A stretch of DNA of 35,160 bases from an uncultured Candidatus Saccharibacteria bacterium (GTDB lineage: Bacteria; Patescibacteriota; Minisyncoccia; Phycocordibacterales; PALSA-1337): assembly GCA_964593965.1 (NCBI GenBank), contig CAZQKU010000001.1, positions 1 to 35,160 of the forward strand, in the 5' to 3' direction. This document shows positions 15,662-24,125 of the stretch, piece after piece. A program made the translations under genes and the position numbers. The stretch's first letter is position 1; each line of letters starts with the position of its first letter. Under the pieces are notes generated by a model. The model was not told the origin of the DNA. It saw only the letters and a program-made list of their open reading frames with translations, and did not search any database.

Positions 15662-16963
15662 TTATTTATTTTGATTAGTGCAGTGTTCAATAACAACATT
15701 CCACAATGCTCCTGCTGTATCACGCGGTTTGCCATTGAGAGGAAATAAGTGCACGTCAATAAAAGGTAAACTGTTGCATTCGATGATGCCGAAATGACGC
15801 TGGTCGGAACGAGACTGATCAGAATGCAGTCGGCTCGACAGCGGTTGAGTGATGTCGCTGACAATAAAATCCGCACCGACAAGCTGATCATCAAGAATAA
15901 CAGCGATTTTCTCGAGCAGGGTAATGATATCCGGATGAGCACTATCAGTAACGTCAGTCGAGCCGCCACCTGCGCCGATGGAAGTTTTTTTGGACAACAT
16001 GATGATTTCACCTTTCTTGAGAATGGTATCGAGGTCGAAAATCATATCAAAGTTTCCTTCTCTTAAGTCGGCGATTTCTTTTTCGATTTTTATTTTTCCA
16101 TACACCGGCCCTTGCCGCTCCGGCCGCCGGTTCTCCATTTCTATGAGTTCACCCAGGCTGTGCATACCATCACCCGTCACCTGCGGCGGATCTTTGCGAC
16201 GGATACCGATGACGTTACCACCGATAACGGTGCCGCGATAGACATGACCGACAAGCTCCTCTTCGACGATGACCCACGGCGAAAGCTTTTTAGCTTTGAT
16301 GAAAGCTTGGCGAAGTTCGGTCTCATTGGTGATGCCTGTGGTGGTGTGGCGGCTTCGTGAGCCAGTCGAAGGTTTGACGATGACGCTCGTGTGAGAAATA
16401 TCCGAAACGACATCGTCAGACTTTTGTGAATGTTTCAACTGTCCGAAAATCTCTACAGCTCTCTTCCATGTGAATGCTGTGCCTCCACAGGCGACAGGGA
16501 TGCCGGCTTCAGCTAGTTTTTTCTTTAAAATAGGTTTATTGTCCACCCATGCAAGGGAAACAGGTAGACCTTTTTCACCCGATAATGTGAACGCGGGACG
16601 GGGCAGACCATCAAAGACGATGGCTCTTGGTTTTTTTCTGGTCCCGACGATGATTTCCGCCACAAATATTTCCCGACTGATACCGAATGGTCGAAATTCC
16701 CACATCTCAATACCACGTCGCTTGGCTTCAAGCCAGACGCAGAGGGCGCGGCCACTCGTCAGAGCGTCAGGCTCATGGATGATGGTGCCGAGGCACATGG
16801 TCGCTAGGCCTTTTAAAAATGTCGGATGAAAAGAAAACTGAAAAGAAATCGGCAGGCTTATTTTTTCAATCGCCGCATTCATCTTTTCAACGAAATGGTT
16901 GACCGGAGTATGACCGCAGTCGGGACAGAGCGCTTTGACAGGAGGTTGGGCTGAAACTGACAT
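15662..16963 (-). CDS. ATP-grasp ligase resembling the N-terminal ATP-grasp module of cyanophycin synthetase
   Basis: 433 aa. Matching blocks: VIVKPSTGSRSRHTTTGI, VIVEEELVGHVYRGTVIGGNVIGIRRKDPPQVTGDGMHSLGELIEMENRRPERQG, SIGAGGGSTDVTDSAHPD and GIIECNSLPFIDVHLFP. An N-terminal CPDCGH Zn-ribbon-like motif is present. No Mur-ligase half is present. Confidence 0.75.
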   Translation of the reverse strand: MSVSAQPPVKALCPDCGHTPVNHFVEKMNAAIEKISLPISFQFSFHPTFLKGLATMCLGTIIHEPDALTSGRALCVWLEAKRRGIEMWEFRPFGISREIFVAEIIVGTRKKPRAIVFDGLPRPAFTLSGEKGLPVSLAWVDNKPILKKKLAEAGIPVACGGTAFTWKRAVEIFGQLKHSQKSDDVVSDISHTSVIVKPSTGSRSRHTTTGITNETELRQAFIKAKKLSPWVIVEEELVGHVYRGTVIGGNVIGIRRKDPPQVTGDGMHSLGELIEMENRRPERQGPVYGKIKIEKEIADLREGNFDMIFDLDTILKKGEIIMLSKKTSIGAGGGSTDVTDSAHPDIITLLEKIAVILDDQLVGADFIVSDITQPLSSRLHSDQSRSDQRHFGIIECNSLPFIDVHLFPLNGKPRDTAGALWNVVIEHCTNQNK

Positions 16964-16964
16964 G

Positions 16965-17465
16965 TTATTTTTTTTCGATGATCGAAAAATTTCTCAACAA
17001 TCTTTCCGCTTCTTTGGTCGCCGCGATTTCTTCTTCAGAAAGCTCGTACGTCGAAGCGCCGGCTTTGACTGGTTTGGAAAAGATGCTGACATGATCGCGC
17101 GAGTAGAGGCTGGAGATGACCACCCCGTCGCCGTCTTCGTTCAGGAAGGCCGTGGCGAAACTTTGATTGCCACCGCTTCCGGTGCCTTTGAATGGATTGA
17201 AGCGGACGGTATGCACCGACTGGACACTTCGTTTCAAACGATTTTCCACCCCGAGAAGATATTTTTCCAATTCGGTACGGAACGTTTCCAGCTCGTGTAT
17301 CGATCCGTTGATGTTGACAATAGAAGTGTCAAGACCGATAGCTTTCGAGTCCGAGAGGAAACGGTTGAGCTTGCGATAGAGATATATGATGAAACCGGCC
17401 ATGACGAGGATGATACTGCCGAGGATGGCGAGAGCGATGATCATAATAGTGGAGATATTGAGCAT
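16965..17465 (-). CDS. DUF4446 family protein
   Basis: 166 aa. An N-terminal TM helix is followed by VRFNPFKGTGSGGNQSFATAFLNEDGDGVVISSLYSRDHVSIFSKPV, which is typical of DUF4446. Its stop codon is 1 nt from the start of the ATP-grasp gene. Confidence 0.75.
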   Translation of the reverse strand: MLNISTIMIIALAILGSIILVMAGFIIYLYRKLNRFLSDSKAIGLDTSIVNINGSIHELETFRTELEKYLLGVENRLKRSVQSVHTVRFNPFKGTGSGGNQSFATAFLNEDGDGVVISSLYSRDHVSIFSKPVKAGASTYELSEEEIAATKEAERLLRNFSIIEKK

Positions 17466-17527
17466 GTTTTGATGTGATGTATAAAATAATTGCCTAAAAG
17501 TAAGCTGAAGTATATAGTATTTATATT

Positions 17528-18901
17528 ATGAAATCAAAGCGGCTCGAGAAGAAAGTGACAATAGAAGCACGGCGAAAAGTTTATCTCGACTATGCAAGTT
17601 TGACACCGACTGACACGAGGGTGATGAAGGAAGTCGAGCGCGTCTCGACGATTGAGTATGCCAATCCTTCGTCTATCCATACGGCTGGTGTCGCCGCCAA
17701 GAAAATCCTCGAACAATCGCGGACAACCGTGGCCGATTTTCTCCATGCTCATACTGATGAAATATTTTTTACCGCAAGCGGCACTGAAGCGAACAATATC
17801 GCTATTCGAGGGGTGGTAGAAGCGGCAAAAATCGAAGCACTGCGAGAGTCGGCCGTCCGGCCGCACGGCCACATACATATAGTCGTCAGTGAGATAGAGC
17901 ATACGTCGGTTCTTGAGACAGTGAAAGCTTTGGCCGCGGCAAATCTTGGTAAGGAAATCAAAATGGAAATCGAGATTGATTTTATCCCTATTTGTTCTGA
18001 TGGCAGAATTGATCTTGATGCTCTGAAGAAACTGCTTCGGCCGGAAACGATTCTCGTCTCCATCATGTTGGTAAACAATGATATCGGCACGATTCAGCCG
18101 ATTCGTCAGGCGGCGAAGATTGTCAGAGATTTTAGCAAAGCGACGCGGGAAATGGGGCAAAAAATGAAGAGGCCGATTCTTTTCCATACTGATGCCTGTC
18201 AAGCTCCTCTGTATCTTGATATTAACGTTGAGACGCTTGGTGTTGACCTCTTGACTCTCGATTCGAATAAGGTTTATGGTCCGCGCGGCGTCGGTGTGTT
18301 GTATAAAAAGCGATCAGTGAAAATCGGCGATCATGCGGATCATGCCGATATTGTACCGATCATGACAGGTGGCGGGCACGAAAGCGGTGTGCGGCCGGGT
18401 ACGGAAAATATTCCGGCAATTGCCGGTTTTGCAAAAGCGCTTGAGATTGCGGCGGCCGAACGTGTCAGCGAAACGAAACGTCTTTTGACGTTGCGGAATT
18501 ATTTTGTTGAAGAATTGAAAAGGCTAGTACCGGGCATAATCTTGAACGGTTCCTATGTAGAGAGCGAACGTCTCGTCAACAACATTAATGTCACTTTTCC
18601 AAGAAAACAAAAAAATGGCATCGACCCAGACCGTGACCTCGATTTTGATCATGAATTTTTTCTCCTCGAGCTCGATGTCCGCGGTATAGCCTTGTCAACA
18701 AAAAGTGCCTGTTTGCGTGATGAAGATGAGTCGTATGTAGTGCGAGCACTTCGTAATGCACGTGATAGGGAGGTTGATGGGGGGAGTTCCGGTAGGGAAC
18801 AATCTTCCGCTCAAGCTATTCGTTTTTCTCTTGGCCGCAAAACCGCAAAAAAAGACATTGATTATACTTTGGGAATGATTGATGAAATATTGATGAAATA
18901 A
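17528..18901 (+). CDS. Cysteine desulfurase (class V aminotransferase, NifS/IscS-like)
   Basis: 457 aa. Motifs seen: YLDYASLTP, FTASGTEANNIAIRG, SEIEHTSV, HTDACQA, LTLDSNKVYGPRGVGVLY (the PLP lysine) and LSTKSAC (the catalytic Cys region). Confidence 0.85.
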   Translation: MKSKRLEKKVTIEARRKVYLDYASLTPTDTRVMKEVERVSTIEYANPSSIHTAGVAAKKILEQSRTTVADFLHAHTDEIFFTASGTEANNIAIRGVVEAAKIEALRESAVRPHGHIHIVVSEIEHTSVLETVKALAAANLGKEIKMEIEIDFIPICSDGRIDLDALKKLLRPETILVSIMLVNNDIGTIQPIRQAAKIVRDFSKATREMGQKMKRPILFHTDACQAPLYLDINVETLGVDLLTLDSNKVYGPRGVGVLYKKRSVKIGDHADHADIVPIMTGGGHESGVRPGTENIPAIAGFAKALEIAAAERVSETKRLLTLRNYFVEELKRLVPGIILNGSYVESERLVNNINVTFPRKQKNGIDPDRDLDFDHEFFLLELDVRGIALSTKSACLRDEDESYVVRALRNARDREVDGGSSGREQSSAQAIRFSLGRKTAKKDIDYTLGMIDEILMK

Positions 18902-19095
18902 TGTGTGTCGGTATGTAGTAGGTATCAGCTTTCCCCATGAGATAATGGACTTTATATACAGTTTATTCAGTTGTTATCCACAATTATAAATACATAATTA
19001 TTTCAATAGTGTTATCATTTGACGACATTTGGTGGTAATGCATATTCTTTCTGAAGTAATGACTCCCTAGAATATAGAAAATAGATAATTTAAAA

Positions 19096-19776
19096 ATGAT
19101 GACAATGCAAACAAAAGAAAACAGTACTTTTCTCCGCGGCGTTACCCTGACTCTCGGTACGATCGGTGCAGTGGTGGTGTTTGTCGCATTGCTCTATGCT
19201 ACGATTCCCAATGTTCGGTATGTCCAAGCGGCAACCGCAAGTTCAAGTGTGGTTGTCACCTTGAATGTCACTGCCGGCATTTCCATAACTGCTCCAGGAA
19301 ATGTCACCATGAGTACGCCGATCACTATATCCCAAGCTAGTTCCATTGGTACCACGACATGGACAGTTATCACAAACGATTCGAACGGTTATACTCTTGC
19401 CGTCAATGCTACATCTTCGCCCGCTATGCAATATGGCGCGACAAGCACCATAGCTGACTATCAAACTGGTGCTCCCAATACCTGGGCTGTGGCCGCCTCC
19501 GCCGCCAATTTCGGATATTCGGCTTTTGGTTCTGATGTAGCTTCGACAACATGGGGTACCGATACACTCTGTGGCACTAGCCTCGGTACACCCTCGATGA
19601 ATTTGAAGTACAAAGGTTTTACCACTTCTCCATTTACCATCGCTTCCCGTACGTCTACCACCACTCCTACTGGAATCAGCACTACTGTGTGCTATGCCGC
19701 TCAGCAGGGCACGAGCTTCTTTATTCCTTCAGGGACGTACATTGCTACAATAGTGGCCACAGCTACCAGTCTGTAA
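19096..19776 (+). CDS. Secreted beta-rich protein, WxL-domain-like (divergent; lacks the Trp residues)
   Basis: 226 aa with a signal anchor. TTWTVITNDSNGYTLAVNATSSPAM resembles the V.V.D.RG..GW.L motif of WxL proteins. The C-terminal PSGTYIATIVATATSL resembles the G.Y.A.LTWTL motif. It is a paralogue of the product of 20822-21562. Confidence 0.7.
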   Translation: MMTMQTKENSTFLRGVTLTLGTIGAVVVFVALLYATIPNVRYVQAATASSSVVVTLNVTAGISITAPGNVTMSTPITISQASSIGTTTWTVITNDSNGYTLAVNATSSPAMQYGATSTIADYQTGAPNTWAVAASAANFGYSAFGSDVASTTWGTDTLCGTSLGTPSMNLKYKGFTTSPFTIASRTSTTTPTGISTTVCYAAQQGTSFFIPSGTYIATIVATATSL

Positions 19777-19785
19777 TATATAATC

Positions 19786-20808
19786 ATGAAAAACAAAAAA
19801 AGTATCATTATTTACTTGATGATCCTTGGTGGTACTGTACTTTCTATACCTGTGTATCATGTGTTTGCTCAGACCGTTTCATCGTCGACTGTGACAGTAT
19901 CTACCACACCGTCAAGTCGACCACAAATCACCACTATTTCGGTAGATGTTAAAAATGATTTTATCGTCGAGCCCGGTAAAATAGAGGTTGATGTCAATCC
20001 TGGTGATGTCATAAACAAAGACATCTCCATCACAAGCAGGATAAGTAAATCAACAAAGTTTCTTATTACCACCGAAGACTTCCAGGGATCACAGAGCGAA
20101 GATCAGCCGGTTGTCCTTCTTGGCGACAAATCAAGCCCGTGGTCTTTTAAGGATAATTTAGTGCCTGCAGTGACGAACTTCACCTTGAATCTTGGTGACC
20201 GTATTGATTTACCTGTTACCATCAATGTACCAAAGAATGCCTCTCCCGGAGGTTATCTTGCCGCCGTCATCGTATCGAATGAACCGCAGGTCAATACTGA
20301 TACCAGTTCTGGAGCGACGGGTGCGCGTATCATATCTCGTGTTGCCGTACTCTTTTTTATTCGCGTGTCCGGTCAAGCGTCATCGAGCGGCTATACCGAG
20401 GATTTTCGCATTGCCAACCAACAAGCTATTTATTCACAGACGCCGGATACGTTCAAAATACTTTTCAATGATACAGGAAACATGTATCTCGTTCCGTATG
20501 GAAATATAAACATTACCAACATGGCAGGAAGCAATGTTGGCACCATTCCCGTGAATGCTTTCTTTGCTCTGCCGGATTCTTTGCGATATCTGGATGTCGC
20601 GTGGAATGATAATGGAGCTTTCCGGATCGGCAGATATACCGCAACACTGGAACTCAATCGAGGCTATGGTGGTATCGTCGATACGAAAGTCATTACATTC
20701 TGGATACTTCCATGGAAAATTGTCGGCCCGATACTGGCGGGTATTATTATTCTGGTAGTCCTTGTTTACTTCATATTCTCCAGATTTGAATTCAGACGCA
20801 GAAAATAA
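19786..20808 (+). CDS. DUF916/DUF3324-like (CscA-like) cell-surface protein with a C-terminal TM anchor
   Basis: 340 aa. After a signal peptide come two beta-sandwich-like halves: FIVEPGKIEVDVNPGDVINKDISITS...PGGYLAAVIV and FKILFNDTGNMYLVPYGNINITN...RIGRYTATLEL. A C-terminal TM segment (ILAGIIILVVLVYFIF) follows. The family call rests on architecture and motif resemblance. Confidence 0.75.
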   Translation: MKNKKSIIIYLMILGGTVLSIPVYHVFAQTVSSSTVTVSTTPSSRPQITTISVDVKNDFIVEPGKIEVDVNPGDVINKDISITSRISKSTKFLITTEDFQGSQSEDQPVVLLGDKSSPWSFKDNLVPAVTNFTLNLGDRIDLPVTINVPKNASPGGYLAAVIVSNEPQVNTDTSSGATGARIISRVAVLFFIRVSGQASSSGYTEDFRIANQQAIYSQTPDTFKILFNDTGNMYLVPYGNINITNMAGSNVGTIPVNAFFALPDSLRYLDVAWNDNGAFRIGRYTATLELNRGYGGIVDTKVITFWILPWKIVGPILAGIIILVVLVYFIFSRFEFRRRK

Positions 20809-20821
20809 AGCTAAAAAATAT

Positions 20822-21562
20822 ATGCGCAAAGGGATATTGCTAATTATAAGCATATTGTATATTGTGCCGCTTGCTTCGAGGGCGGCGATGTCGAGTACGG
20901 ATTACAAAATAGGCATTGATTCCGTCAATATGGGAGGGGATTATTCGACGAGTACGTCATATTCTATACAGGATACCGCCGGTGACGTCGCCACGGGTAA
21001 TTCCACCAGTACCAATTACGCTATGAATGCCGGCTACCAGCAAATGTACACGTCGTACATCTCCATAAGTTCATTTTCGACGAACACACTGCCGTCTATG
21101 AGTGGTTTTACCGGCGGTATCGCTACAGGTACCATATCAACCTTGGTCGTGACGGACAATCCGGCAGGTTATTCACTCTCCGTTCAGGCCTCGTCCTCTC
21201 CGGCCCTGACCGATCTGAATGGAGCATCCTTCGCTGACTATGATCCTTCAGGTGGAGCGCCGGATTTTTCTTTTACCATACCAACATCGGCATCGGCTTT
21301 CGGTTTTTCCGTTGTCAGTCCCGATGTTGTCAGCCGATATGACAATAACAATTCTGCATGTAATACCGGTTCAATCAATACCGCCTTTACCTGTTGGGAC
21401 GGTTTCTCCACATCACAAAAAATAATTGCTCAATCATCCTTTTCAAACCAGCCGAATGGTGCCACGACTACCCTCGATTTGGAAGCGGAAATCGGCTCCA
21501 CTCAACTCCAAGACAGTGGAGCATATTCGGCTTCACTCATCTTGACGGCTGTTACGTTATAG
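20822..21562 (+). CDS. Secreted WxL-domain-like protein, second paralogue
   Basis: I chose the ATG at 20822 (MRKGILLIISILYIVPLASRAA signal peptide) rather than the ORF-track start at 20762, which overlaps the upstream gene. TLVVTDNPAGYSLSVQASSSPAL and the C-terminal GAYSASLILTAVTL parallel the 226-aa protein. Confidence 0.7.
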   Translation: MRKGILLIISILYIVPLASRAAMSSTDYKIGIDSVNMGGDYSTSTSYSIQDTAGDVATGNSTSTNYAMNAGYQQMYTSYISISSFSTNTLPSMSGFTGGIATGTISTLVVTDNPAGYSLSVQASSSPALTDLNGASFADYDPSGGAPDFSFTIPTSASAFGFSVVSPDVVSRYDNNNSACNTGSINTAFTCWDGFSTSQKIIAQSSFSNQPNGATTTLDLEAEIGSTQLQDSGAYSASLILTAVTL

Positions 21563-21584
21563 ATAAGTACTCTATAATAGTGGT

Positions 21585-23459
21585 ATGAAAAAGAGAGGTA
21601 TTAATAAGATCTTTATGTGCGGATGTATCTTTTCAGCCGCACTGTTTTTTTCTTATTTCTTATCTTATGTCCTGCCGGACTGTTATCTTACGTATGCCGA
21701 TACACCAGGTAACGCCTCTGTCGTACAACTGATAGTAGTGAGCTCTCAAGCGGTTACTACTGCGGCGCCTGCCGGTGGTGTATATAATGCCGCAGTCGCT
21801 GTTTCATTGACCTGCGTCGATACGGGCGGTGTTGGTTGTGGATCTACATATTACACTACCGACGGCAGTACCCCGACAGCTTCTTCCAGTATATATTTGG
21901 GTCCGATCACCATCTCTGCCAATACCACATTGCGATATTTTTCAACGAATGTAGATGGAGTTTATGGTCTGGTTGGTTCTCAAATATATATCGTTGATAC
22001 TATTCCTCCTGTAACGACGGCACATCCGCCGGGAGGAATCTATAGCACTGCACAATCAGTGACACTCTCATGTACCGACGACAATTCTGGTTGCGATGAG
22101 ACATATTACACCACAGACGGGACTATCCCGACTGCCAGTTCCACCCAATATTCGGTGACAAATCCGATTTTTATCACGTCGATGACCGTTCTCAGATTCT
22201 TCTCCACAGATATTGCAGGGAACAGTGAATCACCTCAGATACAAACATATGTCATCAGTGCATCGACATCTTCACCCCCCGCCGCTCCAAGCACTTCATC
22301 CTCCGGAGGGGGATTTTATCCCGGTAATCAGACATTTATACTCGAGAATCTTGCTGTTCAAACGGCATCGACAAGCATAGTTGTTACGTGGTACACACAT
22401 GAACCGTCTGTCTCTGTTATGTCATGGAATGTGGATGGAATCCTCGGTTCCTCCGGATCTGTGTCGGAGATAAGTTATATCGAGAAACATGTCATATCCG
22501 TCAATAATTTGCAACCGGACGAAGAATATGATGTGACTCTCGAGGCTGTATCGGTGGGTGGATCAGTACTGCATGATTCGTTTTTTGTCCGCACATTACC
22601 GGTATCTTACCCCCCGCCTAATATCACCGATTTTTCTGGGACGTCCTCATTCGGAGGAAATGTCATTCTGACATGGAAAAATCCGTCCATTGCTGATCTC
22701 GATTCTATACTGATTACTCGCGGCACTCGTTTCTTCCCGAGAGACCCAACGGAGGGATATATCGTGTATCAAGGAAAAGGGGAGACGGTGCTTGATCTCA
22801 ATACCACACCGGACAATGAATATTATTACAGTGCTTTCACGGAAAATAGCTCAAAAATATTTTCTTCGGGAGTCGGTATACAATTTTTCCTCGGTCTTTC
22901 AACGTCTTCGATACCAGAGAGTGGAACGTCGCTTTTCGGTGGTACAGTTTCATCTCTTCCTATATCGAGTATCAACGGAATTATTTTTCTTAACAACAAC
23001 ATCGTTCTCACACCGGTGATAACGGAATCTTCGTCGAGCCCATTCATTACTGTGGGTATCAATCCCGATCTGTCACTCTCCGTCATTATTCCCGCATCTA
23101 TCATCCCGCACGATACTGAAGAAATCATCATGAAAGTCTCCGATAAGAACAGCAATGGAGGTAATTTATTTTTCCTCTTTACGAAGATGGATGATGGCTC
23201 ATATCAAACGACGGTACCTGCATATTTCGATTATGAAAGTGCCACGAGTCCATTCATTCTCAGTTTCCTCAGTGTGGGATATGAGGTCAGAGTACATGGA
23301 GTATTTAGTATAGGCACGACAAATACATCACCCCAATCGGCCACGACAACCCACGGAAACGATAATTATTTTCTATTGTATCTCATGATAATTCTTCTGC
23401 TTATCTTATTGATATTCTTTATGACCTTTAAGATATATTCCTCGAAAAAGAATAAGTAA
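21585..23459 (+). CDS. Large TM-anchored surface protein with two chitobiase/hexosaminidase-C-type (Fn3-associated) repeats and FN3-like domains
   Basis: 624 aa. Two repeats are seen: YYTTDGSTPTASSSIYLGPITISANTTLRYFSTN and YYTTDGTIPTASSTQYSVTNPIFITSMTVLRFFSTDIAGN. FN3-like segments follow. A C-terminal TM helix reads LLYLMIILLLILLIFFMTF. TATAAT at 21573-21578 lies 6 nt before the ATG. Confidence 0.8.
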   Translation: MKKRGINKIFMCGCIFSAALFFSYFLSYVLPDCYLTYADTPGNASVVQLIVVSSQAVTTAAPAGGVYNAAVAVSLTCVDTGGVGCGSTYYTTDGSTPTASSSIYLGPITISANTTLRYFSTNVDGVYGLVGSQIYIVDTIPPVTTAHPPGGIYSTAQSVTLSCTDDNSGCDETYYTTDGTIPTASSTQYSVTNPIFITSMTVLRFFSTDIAGNSESPQIQTYVISASTSSPPAAPSTSSSGGGFYPGNQTFILENLAVQTASTSIVVTWYTHEPSVSVMSWNVDGILGSSGSVSEISYIEKHVISVNNLQPDEEYDVTLEAVSVGGSVLHDSFFVRTLPVSYPPPNITDFSGTSSFGGNVILTWKNPSIADLDSILITRGTRFFPRDPTEGYIVYQGKGETVLDLNTTPDNEYYYSAFTENSSKIFSSGVGIQFFLGLSTSSIPESGTSLFGGTVSSLPISSINGIIFLNNNIVLTPVITESSSSPFITVGINPDLSLSVIIPASIIPHDTEEIIMKVSDKNSNGGNLFFLFTKMDDGSYQTTVPAYFDYESATSPFILSFLSVGYEVRVHGVFSIGTTNTSPQSATTTHGNDNYFLLYLMIILLLILLIFFMTFKIYSSKKNK

Positions 23460-23488
23460 AAATAAATAGAAATTCTAAGAAGACAGCC

Positions 23489-23531
23489 TGTGGATAACAT
23501 CTGGATAACCTATGGATAACGTCTTAATAAC
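23489..23531. promoter_or_regulatory. Four 11-bp-phased TGGATAAC (DnaA-box-like) iterons
   Basis: TGTGGATAA at 23489, TCTGGATAA at 23500, TATGGATAA at 23511 and TCTTAATAA at 23522. The first is a perfect reverse-complement DnaA box (TTATCCACA). Confidence 0.45.
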
Positions 23532-23644
23532 CCATCAAAAAAGGTGTAGAACCTGTTTATAATCGGTATCAAGAAATCGTCTTTTTTTGCTAAAAAAGTT
23601 ATACACAGCAACGTTTTTTTACTAAAGACGGGGTCTTTTTTACT

Positions 23645-23653
23645 TGGTATAAT
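23645..23653 (+). promoter_or_regulatory. Extended -10 promoter (TGgTATAAT) for the HTH-TM gene
   Basis: A perfect TGnTATAAT at 23645-23653, about 70 nt upstream of the GTG start. A perfect 9-bp palindrome (23685-23705) lies in the predicted leader. Confidence 0.5.
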
Positions 23654-23723
23654 TAACGGCAGGCCAATTTAACGCCTAAAATAAAATCTCGAGTTACTCG
23701 AGATTCCTAAAATAGCTCTCAAC

Positions 23724-24122
23724 GTGGCCATATTTAAGGATTATATATCATTGAAGGAAGCAGGACGCATTTCCGGCTATCATCCGGACTATATTGGTGC
23801 GCTTATTCGGTCAAATAAGGTAAAAGGCAAGAAAATAGGTAAGACATGGATGGTCAGTGAAAGTGACGTCAGAACTCATTTTTCCCGAAAGCATTATGCG
23901 CCGATTTCCAGAGGATTTTCCTCCAAAAAGAAACTCTTTTTAGTTCTTTTTATCGTCGTCATGGTAATTGTTATAACTGTCATCGGCATATTTTCATCGT
24001 ATGGCTTTTCTATAAATCCTTCCGATACGGGAATTTCCGCAAAGGCTTCTCCTCAACAGTCTTTGACAGAAACGGTCGAACCACAAAGTACGGATGCGGA
24101 GGTCATGCAAGCCAGTCAATAA
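23724..24122 (+). CDS. Small HTH (MerR/excisionase-like) protein with a single TM helix
   Basis: 132 aa with a GTG start. The HTH reads ISLKEAGRISGYHPDYIGALIRSNKVKGKKIGKTWMVSESDV and the TM helix reads LFLVLFIVVMVIVITVIGIF. Its stop codon is 3 nt before the start of the giant gene. Confidence 0.7.
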   Translation: MAIFKDYISLKEAGRISGYHPDYIGALIRSNKVKGKKIGKTWMVSESDVRTHFSRKHYAPISRGFSSKKKLFLVLFIVVMVIVITVIGIFSSYGFSINPSDTGISAKASPQQSLTETVEPQSTDAEVMQASQ

Positions 24123-24125
24123 CTC

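Noticed and set aside
23460-23723. Calling this intergenic region the chromosomal origin (oriC).
   Set aside because: No dnaA or dnaN gene is nearby. There is no strand switch in gene orientation at this point; the only clear switch is at 17465/17528. The box cluster is short. It is reported only as a DnaA-box-like iteron array.
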